A stretch of DNA of 57,771 bases, filler included, from Platydemus manokwari (GCA_037951405.1; 5 parts of 5 records of this genome joined end to end with filler, not necessarily neighbours in it); one strand, 5' to 3'; shown: positions 1-13,936, counted from the whole stretch's first letter. Program-made: numbers and translations. The notes: generated by a model from the sequence alone, not told the origin.

Positions 1-170
1 TTCATATCAAATCGTCTTACGTTCTTATTTTATATTTTCATAATAATTTGGTTTATAGGAGTTTGATATAGTAAATAGGTATTTTCATAAGATATCGTAT
101 TTATTAAATAGACTGATAATCGAGAGGGTTGATTTTAATTTTAATCAGATCAATCTTAAGAACTCACCGG

Positions 171-1102
171 TGTTGGGAATACAAACATATAAGTACCAAA
201 CCCAATAATAATAATAATAATAGTGAAGACCCCATAATGTAAAAATATTAAAATAAAGATAAAATTTAATAGTTAATGAACAAAGATAAATTAAAAGAAA
301 AAGAAAATAAATTTATTTTACTTAAAATAAATAATAAAGTAGAAAAATAATTTAAAAAATAAATTATTCGTAAGAAAAATAATTATTTAAATAAAGAAAG
401 AAATTAAAATTATTATTAGAAAATTACAATTTGTTTAATGTATTAAAATAATTAAATTGCGACCAATTTTCCAGAAAGGAAATTATCGATTAATATCGGG
501 TGATATTAATCTAAATGTAGTTGACTGCACATGCCAATTCGGAGGAAGAGAAATGTGCTGCAAGTGGTGCAAGCACAATTGTAGTATATAAACTCTGACT
601 TGCGTTGAACAAGCCACAACTTAGACGAGAAAAGAAAAGTAGTTTTGTCAAGAGAAGTTACTGAAGAAAAATTAGAAGAATTTCCAGAAGCTATTGGAAA
701 AGAAGAAGATTTTGCGATAAACTTTCGGAACTAGAGAATTAAGGAAGCAGGTTATTATTTGGTATTTTGTTGTTTTGTATGAGAATATTCGTGAATAGTG
801 CATCCCGAATATTGGTATCTCAAAGTAGAAGTAGAAATTTTATCATATCGTGTTAGAATATTTGTGGATAGTGAGTCCCGAATATTGGTAATTCAAAGTA
901 AAAGTACAAGTTTATTGTATTAGGACTTCGAATATCAGTATTGCAACAGGAAATAGTAGAGTAGAGCGCCTGTAATTTCATTATAGTAATTAAACTCTTC
1001 TATACTTTAATTTCATCATTATTAATTTTTGAGCTCTATCAATGTCATTTGTAAGGAATCTTGCCACAATGCACGCTTTTAAATATTAAACCCATGCCAA
1101 CA
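171..1102 (+). mobile_element. Possible solo LTR / LTR-like repeat
   Basis: Starts TGTTGG (171) and a CCAACA ends at 1102 (TG...CA inverted termini). Internal TATA-like TATATAAA at ~585 and an internal tandem duplication. No target-site duplication found, so the boundaries are tentative. Confidence 0.35.
782..918 (+). repeat. Imperfect direct repeat, two copies, 73-bp period
   Basis: AGAATATTCGTGAATAGTGCATCCCGAATATTGGTATCTCAAAGTAGAAGTAGAA at 782 vs AGAATATTTGTGGATAGTGAGTCCCGAATATTGGTAATTCAAAGTAAAAGTACAA at 855. Confidence 0.8.
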
Positions 1103-4100
1103 ATAAATAATAAAGCCTATTAAAAAAATCGTAAAGCTATATGCAAAATTGATAATATATTAAAATAATTAATAATCTAACAATAAATTTAAATAAATAA
1201 GAAAATATAAATAAAATTGGAAAACCCATAAATAGTCTTACAACAAAAAGAAACGAGAAAGTTTTACAAATAGACAGAAAATTAAAATAAATAGGACTTA
1301 CATTACTCATAAAATGCCATAAAACTTTTCCGAACAATGTTACTTGTCACTATTGAAATCAATTATCAAAGTTGCAATGACTTTAGAATTTTTATTAACT
1401 CGTTTGAACGAAAACTTTTGTGTAAATTGGAAGAATTTTTAGGTTGTTCGGCAAACCTATCTATAAAAAATGGAAGTTGGGAATCAGAGTGAATCTTATG
1501 AGATTTTAAAAATGCTCAATTACAATGTCAACAATAAAAAAATATTTATTTTGCAAAATTATCTTATGAATTATTGACTTGAATAATAAATAAAATACAC
1601 ACTGCAAACAGATAAGGACATAACAAAATTTGTTTGAATAAATGTGCAAATATTATTGTGCTAATTTTTACGAATACAATTTGTGCTGTTACAATTTGTG
1701 CGAAATTGTTTTTTAATTTTAAATTCAAAATTTTTTATTCGAATGTATTAATATGTTAATATGGCTCGAAAAGAAATTATTAATTAATTATCCGAGTCAA
1801 GGTTCTCGGAGAATATTTGATCTCCTTCTAAATTACTTCTCCGCTGACCTTATGTTCCATCAAATTTGTATAGCATGAGTTTTCACCATTGCTTTTCAAC
1901 ACTTCAGAGCATGCCAGTGTCAAAATAAAAATTACATTGTAATTATAATAATGTTAATAATTTTATTGTATTAATTATCAAATGAAGTTTATTCGTCTTC
2001 ACTTATTAATGGCTCTAATTAATACCCTCAACCTATGGTTTGGCATTGTGAAAAGTTGGATATTGTTAGAATTATATAACTAACCCTCACAACTAATAAA
2101 TTATAGTAGATATCTTCAAATTTTATAAATACTTTTCTTATTGATAGTTACCTCTATTGCCCTTTCAGTCTGACCAGGTATTATTGACTTCGCCTCACAT
2201 TTGACCTATAATTTTAAGAACATGAGAGTGATAGTGATAGTATCGGTTGTAAAGGTCTATATTTTTACTCAATGTTTTAATTCTTTTTATGTTCTCCTGG
2301 TAGTATTTCACTTTTGAATTTATATGCATTTTAATTGGCAATTCAAGTTGTTTTGATAAAAAATATGAACATGCACTAACGATGATGACAATAATATACA
2401 CCCATATTATTAAGAATGATTCGAATCCACACTTATTAATTATTGCATAAAAATTCTACAAATGACGAAGCCCTATATATAAAGATGAACCAAAGTCGAG
2501 TTCAAATAACAATCTATTAATGTAAAAAAATTGACAATGATAACATAACAATGGTACAAGAATTTTATAACTTTAATTCTGGAAAAGTATTGGGATGAAG
2601 TCGTTGTTGAAAGATGGAAATTGTATAGGAAATATGAAAAATTATTTTGATTTCGTAGATGAAAATTATCAATGAATTGTTACCTCTCAATTGATTTTTT
2701 GCTTGAAAATTCACCGGCCTCTCGTAAATATAAATAACAATTGAACTGGTTACAAAATATTACAAAATGAATTAACTTCAATGTATATGGTTTGCAATAT
2801 TATCGAGCTGTTTAGTGGTTTTATTATTAATAGGAGTCCTTATAAGTTGTAGGGTTTCTAGGAACTTGGCAAACACAGACTAATGACACGGTCCTAAAGA
2901 AACTATAGGTGGAAAAATGATAAATAAAATATTTCTTGAATGCATAAAGTCGAATATAAAAGCGAGTTATCCGCAATGGAGGTTCCACATAGCAAATGGC
3001 ACATGTTAAAGATGGAATATTATTTGTGATCAGAAGGCTTAATGATATCATTAACTTATCTGATTCCAACAGATTAAGGTCGTTATGGGTTATTATCAAA
3101 TAATATTTAAAATATAAGTACTACAAATAAAATAAAACAATACAAAACAGTAAAATATATTTGATTAATTTAAATAATTTTACAACATTAAAAGATAATA
3201 TAAAATTCTATGATACAAGCTCAGTATCCTCAAAATAAAGGTAAAGGACGTGCTGCCCTAGGTGACCGGCAAAGCATCTCTTAAAAATGAAAATGAGAAC
3301 AGAGTATGAGCCAGTAATAGCAGTGAGTTTGCAGTTAATTATTAAGACAATAATAAAAAGTTCACTCATTGGACAAAATATTGAAAATCAAATGAAATAT
3401 TTGTAACAATTCTCTTAATCATAATAAAAATAACTGAACACCTGGTAAGTTGAAATCAAATAGCTAACACTAGAAATTAAGAATTAAAAAAATACGTACT
3501 CAGAAATTGTCGCTCGTTTATATACTTTTTGGATGTTCGTGTGTTTAATGCGTCATTTCGCAACTTTTGGTAACATTCCATGCCTAGTAGTGTTACTATT
3601 TTTGGTATATGTTAAGTATGTATTACTATTTTTGGTCAAAGTAGTTACTTTCACTGACTTTTGTTGCTATTCTATTTTTGGATATGACTCGATGCTTATA
3701 TTTAGATTTTGTTTGAATTTTCTTTTTTACTTTGAGATTAATTAAACAATCTTAATTTTGATGTGATAAAACAAATTTTAAAAATTTTGTGGATATTTTT
3801 TATTAAGAAACTTGGCATTGTGTTTATTTTATTTTAAAATTTTCTGTGCTTATTGTTAATAATTACTTGATTTCTCAAATGGCTAGGAAATTGGTCTGAT
3901 TTTTCACATACACAGCAACAAAAGCGGCTTTAAAAATTGGAAAAGAATATATCCCAGACAACATCGACTGGGTGGAGGGATTAGAATTGATTTATCGTTG
4001 AATTGATAGTATTTTTGAACTAGCGAGTTGCGATCCACAAAACAATTCAAAGAATAGATCAGCACGGGTATATGTTTCCCAATTATCAATGTTTATGGAT

Positions 4101-4345
4101 AAATTTTTGTATATATAAATAATGATTCTTTAAACAACATGTTAGAAATACATTGGAACTAAAATTTAATGCAAAACTTTTCGTAATAATAAGAATATAT
4201 CATATTTTTACATTATACTAACTTGAATTGTTGTATATATTTACTTTGAGTCTATTCAAACTAAATTTTTATTTTGCCATTTTACTATTTCTATAGGTAA
4301 TATTGTAAATCAATGGATAATTTAATTCAAATTTAAACAAATCTA

Positions 4346-4645
4346 ATGAATATCAGTCAGCGTTCGAACGACGAATATGAAATGTTAAGTCTGCATAATT
4401 TTAACCAGTCCAATAGTTGTCCATTGCGTAAACCAATTCCGAAAAGAAAAAAGTCATGTGCTATTAAAAAAAGAAAACCTAGAAAAACTTGTAAAATCAA
4501 AAAGAATCGTAAGTCATCATGTGCCAAAAAAGCAGGCGGTACCTGTTCATGTATCTTTAAGAAAACAATAAAGAGAATTGCTCGGAAGTTTAAAAGCTAC
4601 CTGAAAAGTAATTCCAAACCTGCAGGAAAATGTGGATGTAATTAA
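4346..4645 (+). CDS. Small basic Lys/Arg/Cys-rich protein (protamine-like / sperm nuclear basic protein candidate)
   Basis: ATG-initiated 99-aa ORF with 22 K, 8 R, 8 C and no acidic residue after position 12. AATAAA at ~4701 and a candidate 5'-UTR splice acceptor TTTCTATAG ending at ~4296. Confidence 0.55.
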   Translation: MNISQRSNDEYEMLSLHNFNQSNSCPLRKPIPKRKKSCAIKKRKPRKTCKIKKNRKSSCAKKAGGTCSCIFKKTIKRIARKFKSYLKSNSKPAGKCGCN

Positions 4646-4999
4646 ATGATTTCAATTAAAATTATTATTATATTTATTTAAAATTAGTTCATTTTTTATA
4701 AATAAAACTCTTGAATCTATCCGTTTCTTTTTATAAGCAATAACGTTATAAATTTATTTGAAATCTAGGAAATGAATTATTTTTTCATGTAAAATAACAA
4801 AGCTAACGAAGAAAATTTATTTATAGTTAATTCTTCTACTACAAAGCCATAGTTCACCATTCAACGTGTAACCTAAGAGCAATATATAAAGTGAATGATT
4901 TAATATTGTAGAATTCAAATTTTTATCAGTAGACACAATATTAAAGTTTAATATTCAAAAAATAATTTAGAAATTTAGAAATCGATAGACACAAGTCTA

Positions 5000-7640
5000 T
5001 CAAGAAAGTAAAGTTGTCATGCTTATCGAAGAAATACATGGCCAAGAAACTGTACAATAAATGTCGAGGCATGCCAGATCCAAAAGAATAACGTTTGCAC
5101 AGAGACAATTGATTCTGCTGTGGAGAAAGTGGACACTACAGTGTATTTTAAGGCAAAACTTTTTAATATGCGGTCAAGAAAATCATAATTTCAGATTGGG
5201 CCATTTAATACGAGGTACCAGACACGAAGTAGAAGGAAGAATTTTATGTATTCATGACGAGATCGAGATACAATCTGATCCAATAGAAGGCCCATTGATG
5301 CTCGAGATAGAAGACTAAAAAAACCACACAACTCCTTCGCATACATTTTGTCGGTGGGGTTGAATCTATAGATAACAAGAAAATTTGAAATGGAACCAGA
5401 TGTAAAGAGATGTTTAAAAAACAACGCCAGGGTGTGAAGTAACGTGTAGATCAACGGAGCTGAAGTAAAGATGCTGTGTGATTCGGGAGTGTCTATCACA
5501 GTGATGAGCGAAAGAAAGTGGGAACCCCAAAATTGCAGGATAGCATGATTATACTTAGCGTTTTCAATGAGTGTCTAACACCCTCTATGTTATTCAGAAG
5601 TAATTACCGAGTGGAAATAAAAGGTGATTACAAAAATAATTCACAATGACTTCATTGGAGGCGTTGACACGATAAATGCATTCGGGGTTCAGCTCTAAGA
5701 AGTGGCCACAATCGGTTCATCACAATGTAACGACAAATAAACAGATGAGGAAAGATCGAAATCGCACTGGAAACGATCAAGACTCAGAACACAGACTGAA
5801 TTGGAAGACTCATCAAGGAATACGGAAATATTCATGGCTTCAAAGTTGGATCTAGGCAGAACCAACTTATTTGTTCACGATATTATAACTACCAGAAATC
5901 CCATTTCACAGAATCCCAGAAGACTGCCCATGCACTTAAAATCAAAAATTGAAGACGTGATAAAATACTTGCTCGAAATAGGAATAATAAGAACATGCAA
6001 ATGTGCTTGGAAATCACCACTGGTCATCGTAGGAAAAAATGACGGATCTATCCGGATGTGTGTGGATTATCAAAGACTCAACGGACTGACTGAAAAATTT
6101 AATTTTCCCATGCCTGATATCCACCAACTTCTAGACTGTTTGGTGGATGTTAAATATTTCTACTCGGTAGATTTGGGTCAGGCTTATTATCAAGTCCGAG
6201 GCTCCAAGATTGCACAGCTTTTAGCACAAGGACCGGCCAATACTGTTTCAACAGACTCCCGTTTAGACATACTACAACACCAGCAAATTTTCAAAAGCTA
6301 ATGTACAAGCTGTTGTTGTGGATTGATTTTTAAGGGCATTGTGATATATTTGGATGATGTGCTGATATACGGAAAAACTCAGAAAGAGCATGACGATCTT
6401 ACTGGAAGCCGTGTTTTGACGAATTCAAGAGTCTGGTCTGAATGTGAATCAGAAGAAATGTACTTTAATCAAAGATAAAGTAAGGTTTTTAGACCACACG
6501 GTTAATGTCAGGGGCATATAGACTAATTTCGACAAAATCGATCAAATAAGAGATGCCCCAGTACCACAGTGTACCAGTAAACTGCGATCATTTTTAGGAC
6601 TGACAAACTATTACAGGGGATTCATCAAAGATAATGCTGTAGTAGCGGCTCCACTATACGCCACAGCTGCTGGTGGAGACAAAGAATTACAATAGTCAGA
6701 ATCGTGTTAAACACTTTTTTGAAGCTAAAATCAGCACTCTGTGAAGCATCAATTTTGAATTATTAAAGAGAAAACAAGATATTTGTACTCGATATAGGCG
6801 TGAGTTTTGATGCAATCGGGACTGTTCTAAGCCAAGTTACTGAAGAAGGAACAGAAGTAGTTATAGCATATGGGTCTCGATTACTGACTAGTCACGAGAA
6901 AGGGTACTGTGTTACCAGGAAGGAACTACTGGCTATCCACGAGTATGTTATTTACTTTAGACAATACTTGTACGGGAAGAAAGTCATCGCGAGGACTGAT
7001 CACAAAGCCCTTGTATTTTTTAACTCGACACAAAAACTGATCCTCCCTCAATTTCATGCATGGATGACGGCGCTGTCAAAATACGATTTCGATTTAAGGT
7101 ACAGAAAAGGAGAGAATCATATCGATGCAGATGGATTGTCAATGAGACACTATGTTCCCAGTACAAAAGAAGCGACACGATGGAACAAAGACGGAAAAGA
7201 CGAAAACCAAATATTTAGCTCAAATACAAATAAAGTCGGAGATAATGCAGAAAATACAGGAAGCACAGTATAAAGATGCAGAAATAGTGGAGACGTTCAA
7301 ATTTCTAAATAATGAAACAATCTCAACGAATTTGAAATTCTAGAATAAACTTTCTGGATCCACTTTCGAGAATTAAACATAAGCTGAAGGTGGCCGACAA
7401 TACACTGATGCTGGAGAAAGACAATCGTTTGACTGCTATAATGCTGAAAAATTTTGACGCTCCATTTGTCAATACAACTCACTAGGTGCTATGCCACTTA
7501 GGCTCAAAGAAAACCTTCGCATCTTTGGACGACAGTTTTTATTGGCCCAACATATTCGACACCAACAAAGAGATTCTGGAATAATGTATTATATATGCAA
7601 AGAGAAAGATTGATCAATCCAGAACTAAGGAGTTATCAGT
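5000..7640 (+). mobile_element. Degenerate Ty3/Gypsy LTR retrotransposon internal region (gag knuckle-PR-RT-RNaseH-IN N-terminus)
   Basis: Decayed CCHC knuckle (ICGQENH, ~5170), protease MLCDSGVSITV (~5470), RT motifs WKSPLVIV..DGSIRMCVDYQRLN and IYLDDVLIYG (~6345), RNase H AIGTVLSQ..ELLAI..RTDHKAL, integrase zinc finger CHLG..YWP (~7490-7600). Domain order PR-RT-RH-IN; many stops and frameshifts; boundaries approximate. Confidence 0.93.
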
Positions 7641-9188
7641 GAAATATAAATTTATAATAATTTACAACAAAGATGGACAAAATCTAATCTCAAAATAAGG
7701 CTTATATTTATAAAAAAGATATCATATACTAATCCATCGGTCGAATATATTAACTAAACGTAAGGGACAACGTTGTCAAAATGCAATCCTTACTCGACCC
7801 CGACAGAAAATCTACCAAGTATTGAAATTAAAAGTGGAAGTATTTCTAATATTGTTTATTTAAATATGAGTAATAACATTTAATTTAAACTTTGAAATTG
7901 TAATTATCATCATTTTATTGAATACTAAAATCCTAGTCTGGAAACTGAGTAATCTTAATTTTTATCTAATAGATATAGTTATGGTACAATTAGTCATAAC
8001 CACCAATAAACCACTAATAAATTGTGGATCTTGCGAGTATAACGATAATAGATAATTCATAAACTCACAGTTTTATTTGAAAAAAATGAAAACAATATTA
8101 AAAACAAACTGATCAACAAATTGGTCAGCCCTGGATATTTGCCAAATAACGAAACTAATTTTATCTCATCATTGTATAACGATTTTGATTATTTTAACTT
8201 TGTGATGTAATCAGATTTTGTAATATCATTTATTGTTATATTAATTATATATTACCTCCGAATTATTTATTTTACAATTCATTTATATCTCAACTTTTTA
8301 TCTAATTCGTTCATAATACATACACACTTATGGAGTCAGGCGCTATTTAAAAATAAATACAAGTAATGCATAAGGACATAAACTTGTTTAATTTTAATTA
8401 TTTATAAGATATAGGCAAACTATTTGCTTATCACATAACTTTCAATCTAATATAATTCAGTTTATATCAAATCAAATATTCTAGTAAACCCAACAATTTA
8501 TTATATAATAAACAGCATATAACTTTTGTCCAATGAGGATTTTATCGACAAAGGTTTTGTATCTTTAGGCATTAGAGGATTTGACATTTTTTTCTGTGAC
8601 GATTCTAACTGGCATCTTGTCAAACAAGTGTAACACGAAGTCGATTTTAATAAAGTAATGAATATTTTGTTCTATGTAAAAATTAAGGTTTCAAATTTAT
8701 CTTGTGGGCTATTTTTGCACCATAGATGTAAATAAAAATTATTCATTTAATTTAAACATTACTCCAATTTGAATGGAAAAAGTTTTCATAAGCTTTGATA
8801 ATCAGTGAAATAATTTTTGTGAAAATCATTTTTAATTTAATATAATCATTGGATATCATTGTCATTTCTAAACCGCTCAGAACCGAAAAGACTAATAAAT
8901 TCGGTCAAAATTACCGGCTGTTGTTATTTAATACCATAGACAGTTTATTACAGCTTAATAATTCATATTTATTGTAATTCATCAATTAACCTATGAAATG
9001 CTGACGAGAAAATTTTTCATTTTTTAAAAATATTATAACAAACTTGTTGGTAATCAAAAAAATTCAAATGTTGGTTTTAATGAATCAACATTAATTCAAT
9101 TTCAAAAACAAATATTTGAAAACAATATTTATTTAAAATAAAACCATCACCACAATTTTCAAACATTGAAATTCGATTATAAATGATT

Positions 9189-10622
9189 TCAATCATTTTT
9201 TTTAAAAAGTCTCCAATTGAAATAAGCCAGATGTAACAAAAACATGGCACAGCAACCTTGACTAATCAATAAAGGATAAATAAAAGGATATTTAACGGGA
9301 GGTTTGTAGATCAATGATAAAAGGATAACTACAAAATGAAAAATATTAAAAATTATAAAAATTGCCTTTTCAAATCTTTTCGCTTGTAAAATGTTTTTAG
9401 CAAAAAATACAAGAAAAATTATGATGGAAACGATAGTTCCCAGAATGAGACCATCCTTTAATAGTAGTGGCCACATACTTAAAGTTGCGATATAAAGAAA
9501 GAAGTTGGCCCAAAATGGTTCAAATGGAATAAGCATTAAAGCAGACACTGAAGGAATCAATATCGACTTTTCATGGACCTGATAAGAGAATAAGAAAAAC
9601 GACAAGGAGACAATAAAAGAAGCATAAAGATATCTTTGCTTCTTACGAGGATTAATGAATGTACATAAACAAGCAGGAATGGAGCTTGCAAAGGTACATA
9701 GAGCACAAATAATGACAACTGTGAACGGCTGATAATCTTTGAATTTAAACAAAACAGAAATCGAGCACCAAAAATTACTAACTTTATCCTCGAAAAGACC
9801 CCTGGAAATGGGAAACAATCGTCGGAAGATTTGAAAAATTATCCCCAGATCCGAGCTATAGATGATAAATGGAGCAAAAATTACCAAAAATGTCATGAAA
9901 ACCGTTAATGATATTTTCCTTAAATTTTTGAAAAAGTCAGATTTACAACATTTACCAAGAAGAAAGAAAAATACCGGCAAAGAATGATAGAGTTCCATTT
10001 GCTTATAACAAAGAGCTGCGCAGAAAAATATTGAACCCCATACATCTTTGTCCGTTAACAAAAAGATTGAGGAAATAATAAATAGTCCCAAACTAGCCAC
10101 ATTATATTGAAAATGACCATAATCGATAAGAATGATTCCAGGAAAAAATAGACCGCATAGTATTAAATCTAAGTCAACTATTTTGTTGTATAATTTAGGA
10201 ATAGTTTTAAAATAATAATAACAAATTGCAGGTAAATAAATTAGAATATCAGTAAATAATACAAACAATCGCATCAAAGCTGCTAGGTCGGGATTTTCTG
10301 ATCCTCGAGACTCATATAAAGAAGTCCAATTAGAATTTATTGTTCTAGTTATGATTCCTAAAATATAGCTATGGTAAGCAGTGAGTGGGGGATAGTCTAA
10401 GCCCCAATAATCCAAATCATTATTAGTAGAATTAAAATACCATTCTTTGATTGGAAGATTTGTAGTAATTTCCATCCAATGTCTTTGGGCTTCAAAATCA
10501 CCGAACATATGAGGTTTATTTTTTCCAGAATGAGGAAATAATCCGATAGAACATCGCAATATGATACTCCACAGTACTGGTAAAATGTAAATTAATTTGC
10601 TTAAGTTTTTAGGCTTTTCCAT
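9189..10622 (-). CDS. ALG6: Dolichyl-PP-Man9GlcNAc2 alpha-1,3-glucosyltransferase (ALG6), intronless, 477 aa
   Basis: Motifs MFGDFEAQRHWMEIT, YWGLDYPPLTAYHS, LIDYGHFQYN, YKQMELYH, RRLFP.SRGLFEDKV, FSYQVHEKSIL. Multi-TM, C-terminal KKND (KKxx ER-retrieval signal). First ATG at 10622. Confidence 0.96.
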   Translation of the reverse strand: MEKPKNLSKLIYILPVLWSIILRCSIGLFPHSGKNKPHMFGDFEAQRHWMEITTNLPIKEWYFNSTNNDLDYWGLDYPPLTAYHSYILGIITRTINSNWTSLYESRGSENPDLAALMRLFVLFTDILIYLPAICYYYFKTIPKLYNKIVDLDLILCGLFFPGIILIDYGHFQYNVASLGLFIISSIFLLTDKDVWGSIFFCAALCYKQMELYHSLPVFFFLLGKCCKSDFFKNLRKISLTVFMTFLVIFAPFIIYSSDLGIIFQIFRRLFPISRGLFEDKVSNFWCSISVLFKFKDYQPFTVVIICALCTFASSIPACLCTFINPRKKQRYLYASFIVSLSFFLFSYQVHEKSILIPSVSALMLIPFEPFWANFFLYIATLSMWPLLLKDGLILGTIVSIIIFLVFFAKNILQAKRFEKAIFIIFNIFHFVVILLSLIYKPPVKYPFIYPLLISQGCCAMFLLHLAYFNWRLFKKND

Positions 10623-12139
10623 AAACACAGTTTATAAATCAAATTTAATATTTGTTTAATTTTTAAAACGTTGTCCGTTAAATGAGATTATTAAAACCAC
10701 CTAAATATTTTCATTTTATATGAATATTAAAAATTATTTAATACAAATTAAAAATTATGCTTATTTACATAAACCTGTATAATTGAAAACTCTGAAAACA
10801 TACGTTAAATATGTTTGGATCTTCTAAATGTTAATTATTTTATAATTTAAATAATAAAATTTTAATTGATTTTTATAAATTTAGCAATATCAAACATTTA
10901 ATACTTTTATTCCATGAATTGTGTTTATTAAATGAGATAATCTTCCAAAAATACTTTTCTAGTAGTATATATTTAGAATTATATTGTTTAAGGATTAAGC
11001 AAATATCAAATTACATTATAATAAGTGTTTATTTTTATGTGTATACTAAGCACGAGCCATTTTTATTAATAATATATAGTAAATGCAATAACCAAAGATT
11101 TTTATCACTTTTATGGCTTTCTCATTATTATTCTTTAAAATTCTACTAATGATATGACCAACAGATTTTGAGAGAAGTAGAAAAATATATAAAGTTATAT
11201 CATGCAGCGTTAAGAGTTAGTTCTTAAAAGTTTGTAGGGATTTTTAAAATTATATGGTTATATGTGTTTATGACACTATTCGCACTTAGTATGTTGCAGT
11301 CTTCTTCAATAACCCAAGCAGCACTTAATGCTAACATATAATATCTGAAGCAATCCATTAAATAAAAATCATTGCAAATATCAACTTAACAGTTAGTAAA
11401 TTTGTAGTGTAAATATTAAATCCATCCTTATATTTATTTTTTATTTATTCTATTAAAACTATCCCTGTTATTTTTGATATCCAGGTTATATTTCTTGAAT
11501 GATTTTGTCAGAAATTATTGAAATGTAATTTTATTGTTAAATGTTAAAATACTGTAAGAATTTGTGAGGTGTAATTCAAGCTTATCAATAATAAATAGTA
11601 ATTGTAAAATTTAATACATTTATGCAATATAATATTAACTTAGCAAATGAGGAATACTAATAAAGTTTCCAAAAATACAAACAATTAAAGGGGAGTATCG
11701 ACTGAGGCTGTTCTTTTGTAAAGAAAGTATTTATATTTATAATTGAATGGTTAGTGCTATTTTAGGAATCTTAATCAATTTATGGTATAGAATAATTCAG
11801 GAAGTTCAGTATTTATTTATTTTCCATGTTCTATTTATAAATGAGTATGAACATTTATTTTTAAAATAATTGAATCCCCGACTTAACTAGAACTGATGCA
11901 TTCAACTCAATTGATTTTTACAGACTTATCAGGCAATAGAGGACATTTGAAGTTAACATGAAACATTTTAAAGTAATTGAATTAAATAACTTATGATAAG
12001 AAACAGATATGCATAAAAGATTAAAGAAATAATAGCAAAATATATTGAGAAATACTTGGTTGATAAAATCTCTGCAGACAAATTTTGTAAAGATAAGCAT
12101 TTTGGTCAACAGTCAATTATTACTTTGAAGTTCCAAGAA

Positions 12140-13399
12140 TCATGGAATCTGATCATAACTTCGAAGTTCATTTGAGTTGCAAGAGTTTTCTTTATACTTG
12201 ATAAACATTTCCATTACTAATTTAGAGGAAATGACATTTCCGAAACGCGATTTTATAGACTGAATAATAAAAATTCCATCTTGAGTGACAAACTCTGTGA
12301 ACTTTACAATATGTATTTGGACATCTGAAACATCAGCCCCGTTGTTTAGCAACATCGTTTGAATAAGATGTCTTCTCGATTCACTAATGAAATTGTTAAT
12401 ACAAAATCGAAGAAGCCCAATTATTGATAACAAAGTGAGCATTATAAGCCATATTGTAACATATGCCAAGATATATTTATTCAAAGAATTTTCCGGATGA
12501 ACACAAAACGATAAGTATGTATTTGCACTGCTTCCGAGAACGTAAACGTTATCCATTTTACAGATGGCTACGAGTGGGAAATATCTTGTATGATAAAACT
12601 TTTTTGCTGACCATACTTTTGTGAGTATTTCCAAATAGAAAGTAAAAATTCCATCGGATCTATTAGAAATCAGTTCTTTCAAAATATATAGATTAAACAG
12701 TGGTAAAACAATGAAGCTCAGCTTGACCACAATATACCAGCAACTCAATGCTGTACCCTTGCTACTCGAAAATGGAATGTAACAAGAAATCTTGTCAATA
12801 AATTTAGGTACAGATGTGGAATTCTTTGCAAATTTTAATTCATTTTCTAATAATGAGGCTGCTATAGAAACCATTTTCTTTTCTTCTTCGTGCGAGGCTT
12901 TATTTATTTTGCTGATATAATTCATTAGTTCTCCGATGTATTTATGGCACTTGGTTTGTAGTTTTAGTTTCCATAATATTTGTGGTAAATAAAATGAAAA
13001 ACACTGAAGACCAAGGATGAGAACAAACCATTGATGATAAGCTATAGGGATATTATCTTTTTTATTTATTCAGAAAAACTTACTTATTAGTTCTTTTTTT
13101 TCCATTTCTCTCCATTCTTTATTCAATTCTGGCTTTTGATCATATTTTAATATTGGATAAGTACCCTTCACCCAGCATGATGAAATATAGAATCCTCTAT
13201 AATCGTTCTTAGTTTTTAAATATGAATTCTGATTGCAAACAAAGTTTTTGAAAACATAAGTAATCGTAGCAGAAAGTACAAAAGATATTTCAAAAACAAG
13301 GCAAGTTAATAAATAACCGATTTTATCAAAATTATCACCCAAACAAGAATTAATTGAGGACAAAGAGTCAAAATATTTGAATACATCCAGCGGTAACAT
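12140..13399 (-). CDS. Divergent innexin (gap-junction protein); exons 13399-13084 and 13041-12140, 405 aa
   Basis: A 42-nt GTAAGT...TAG intron (13083-13042) joins the two ORFs in frame and creates TYHQWFVLILGLQCFSFYLPQILW (innexin YYQW motif). CWVKGTY, FPLVAIC and CVHPENSLN match the extracellular-loop Cys motifs; four TM segments. Confidence 0.9.
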
Positions 13400-13936
13400 G
13401 GAAAAAGTAATATTATAAAAAAATATTTAAAACAAATTTTCTTGTTTTTAAAATACTTTTAATATGTTAGAACGTTTTAAAATTGTTGACCTTATAAAAT
13501 GTAATATTTTAATAATTATTTAATTATCTTGCTCAAATTATAATTTCCAAAAAACATCTATGTTTAGATATCCATTGTAAATTTGAAATGGATTTCTTGC
13601 AATTTTTAAAATAATATTATCTCCATAATTCAGTTAGGTAAATTTAATGGCATTTGTTTTAATTATTTAAGTGATATAAAACGAAATAAATTATCAACAA
13701 TCTATAGCAGATAATGAATGGATTTTCAATTATGATGACATTAAGCTAATATACAAATTAAGCCAGTTAGATTGTAGTGGATTTTCGAAGCTAAAGTTTT
13801 CGATAATGAATCAAAAATATGTCAAACAAGTATGAATAATAGGCTTTTAAAAATATTTAAATATTTTTCGACTGTTAAACTCAAAAATAAGACTAAATTA
13901 AGATTATGCTTTGAAAATTTTAAATAACCTTTACTA

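Noticed and set aside
1790-2210. Exon-like minus-strand pieces (e.g. VKCEAKSIIPGQTERAIE between AG and GT)
   Set aside because: Could not be assembled into a stop-free gene model.
9000-9030. CTGACGA hammerhead-like core (also at ~26177)
   Set aside because: No properly placed stem II-GAAA or closing stems.
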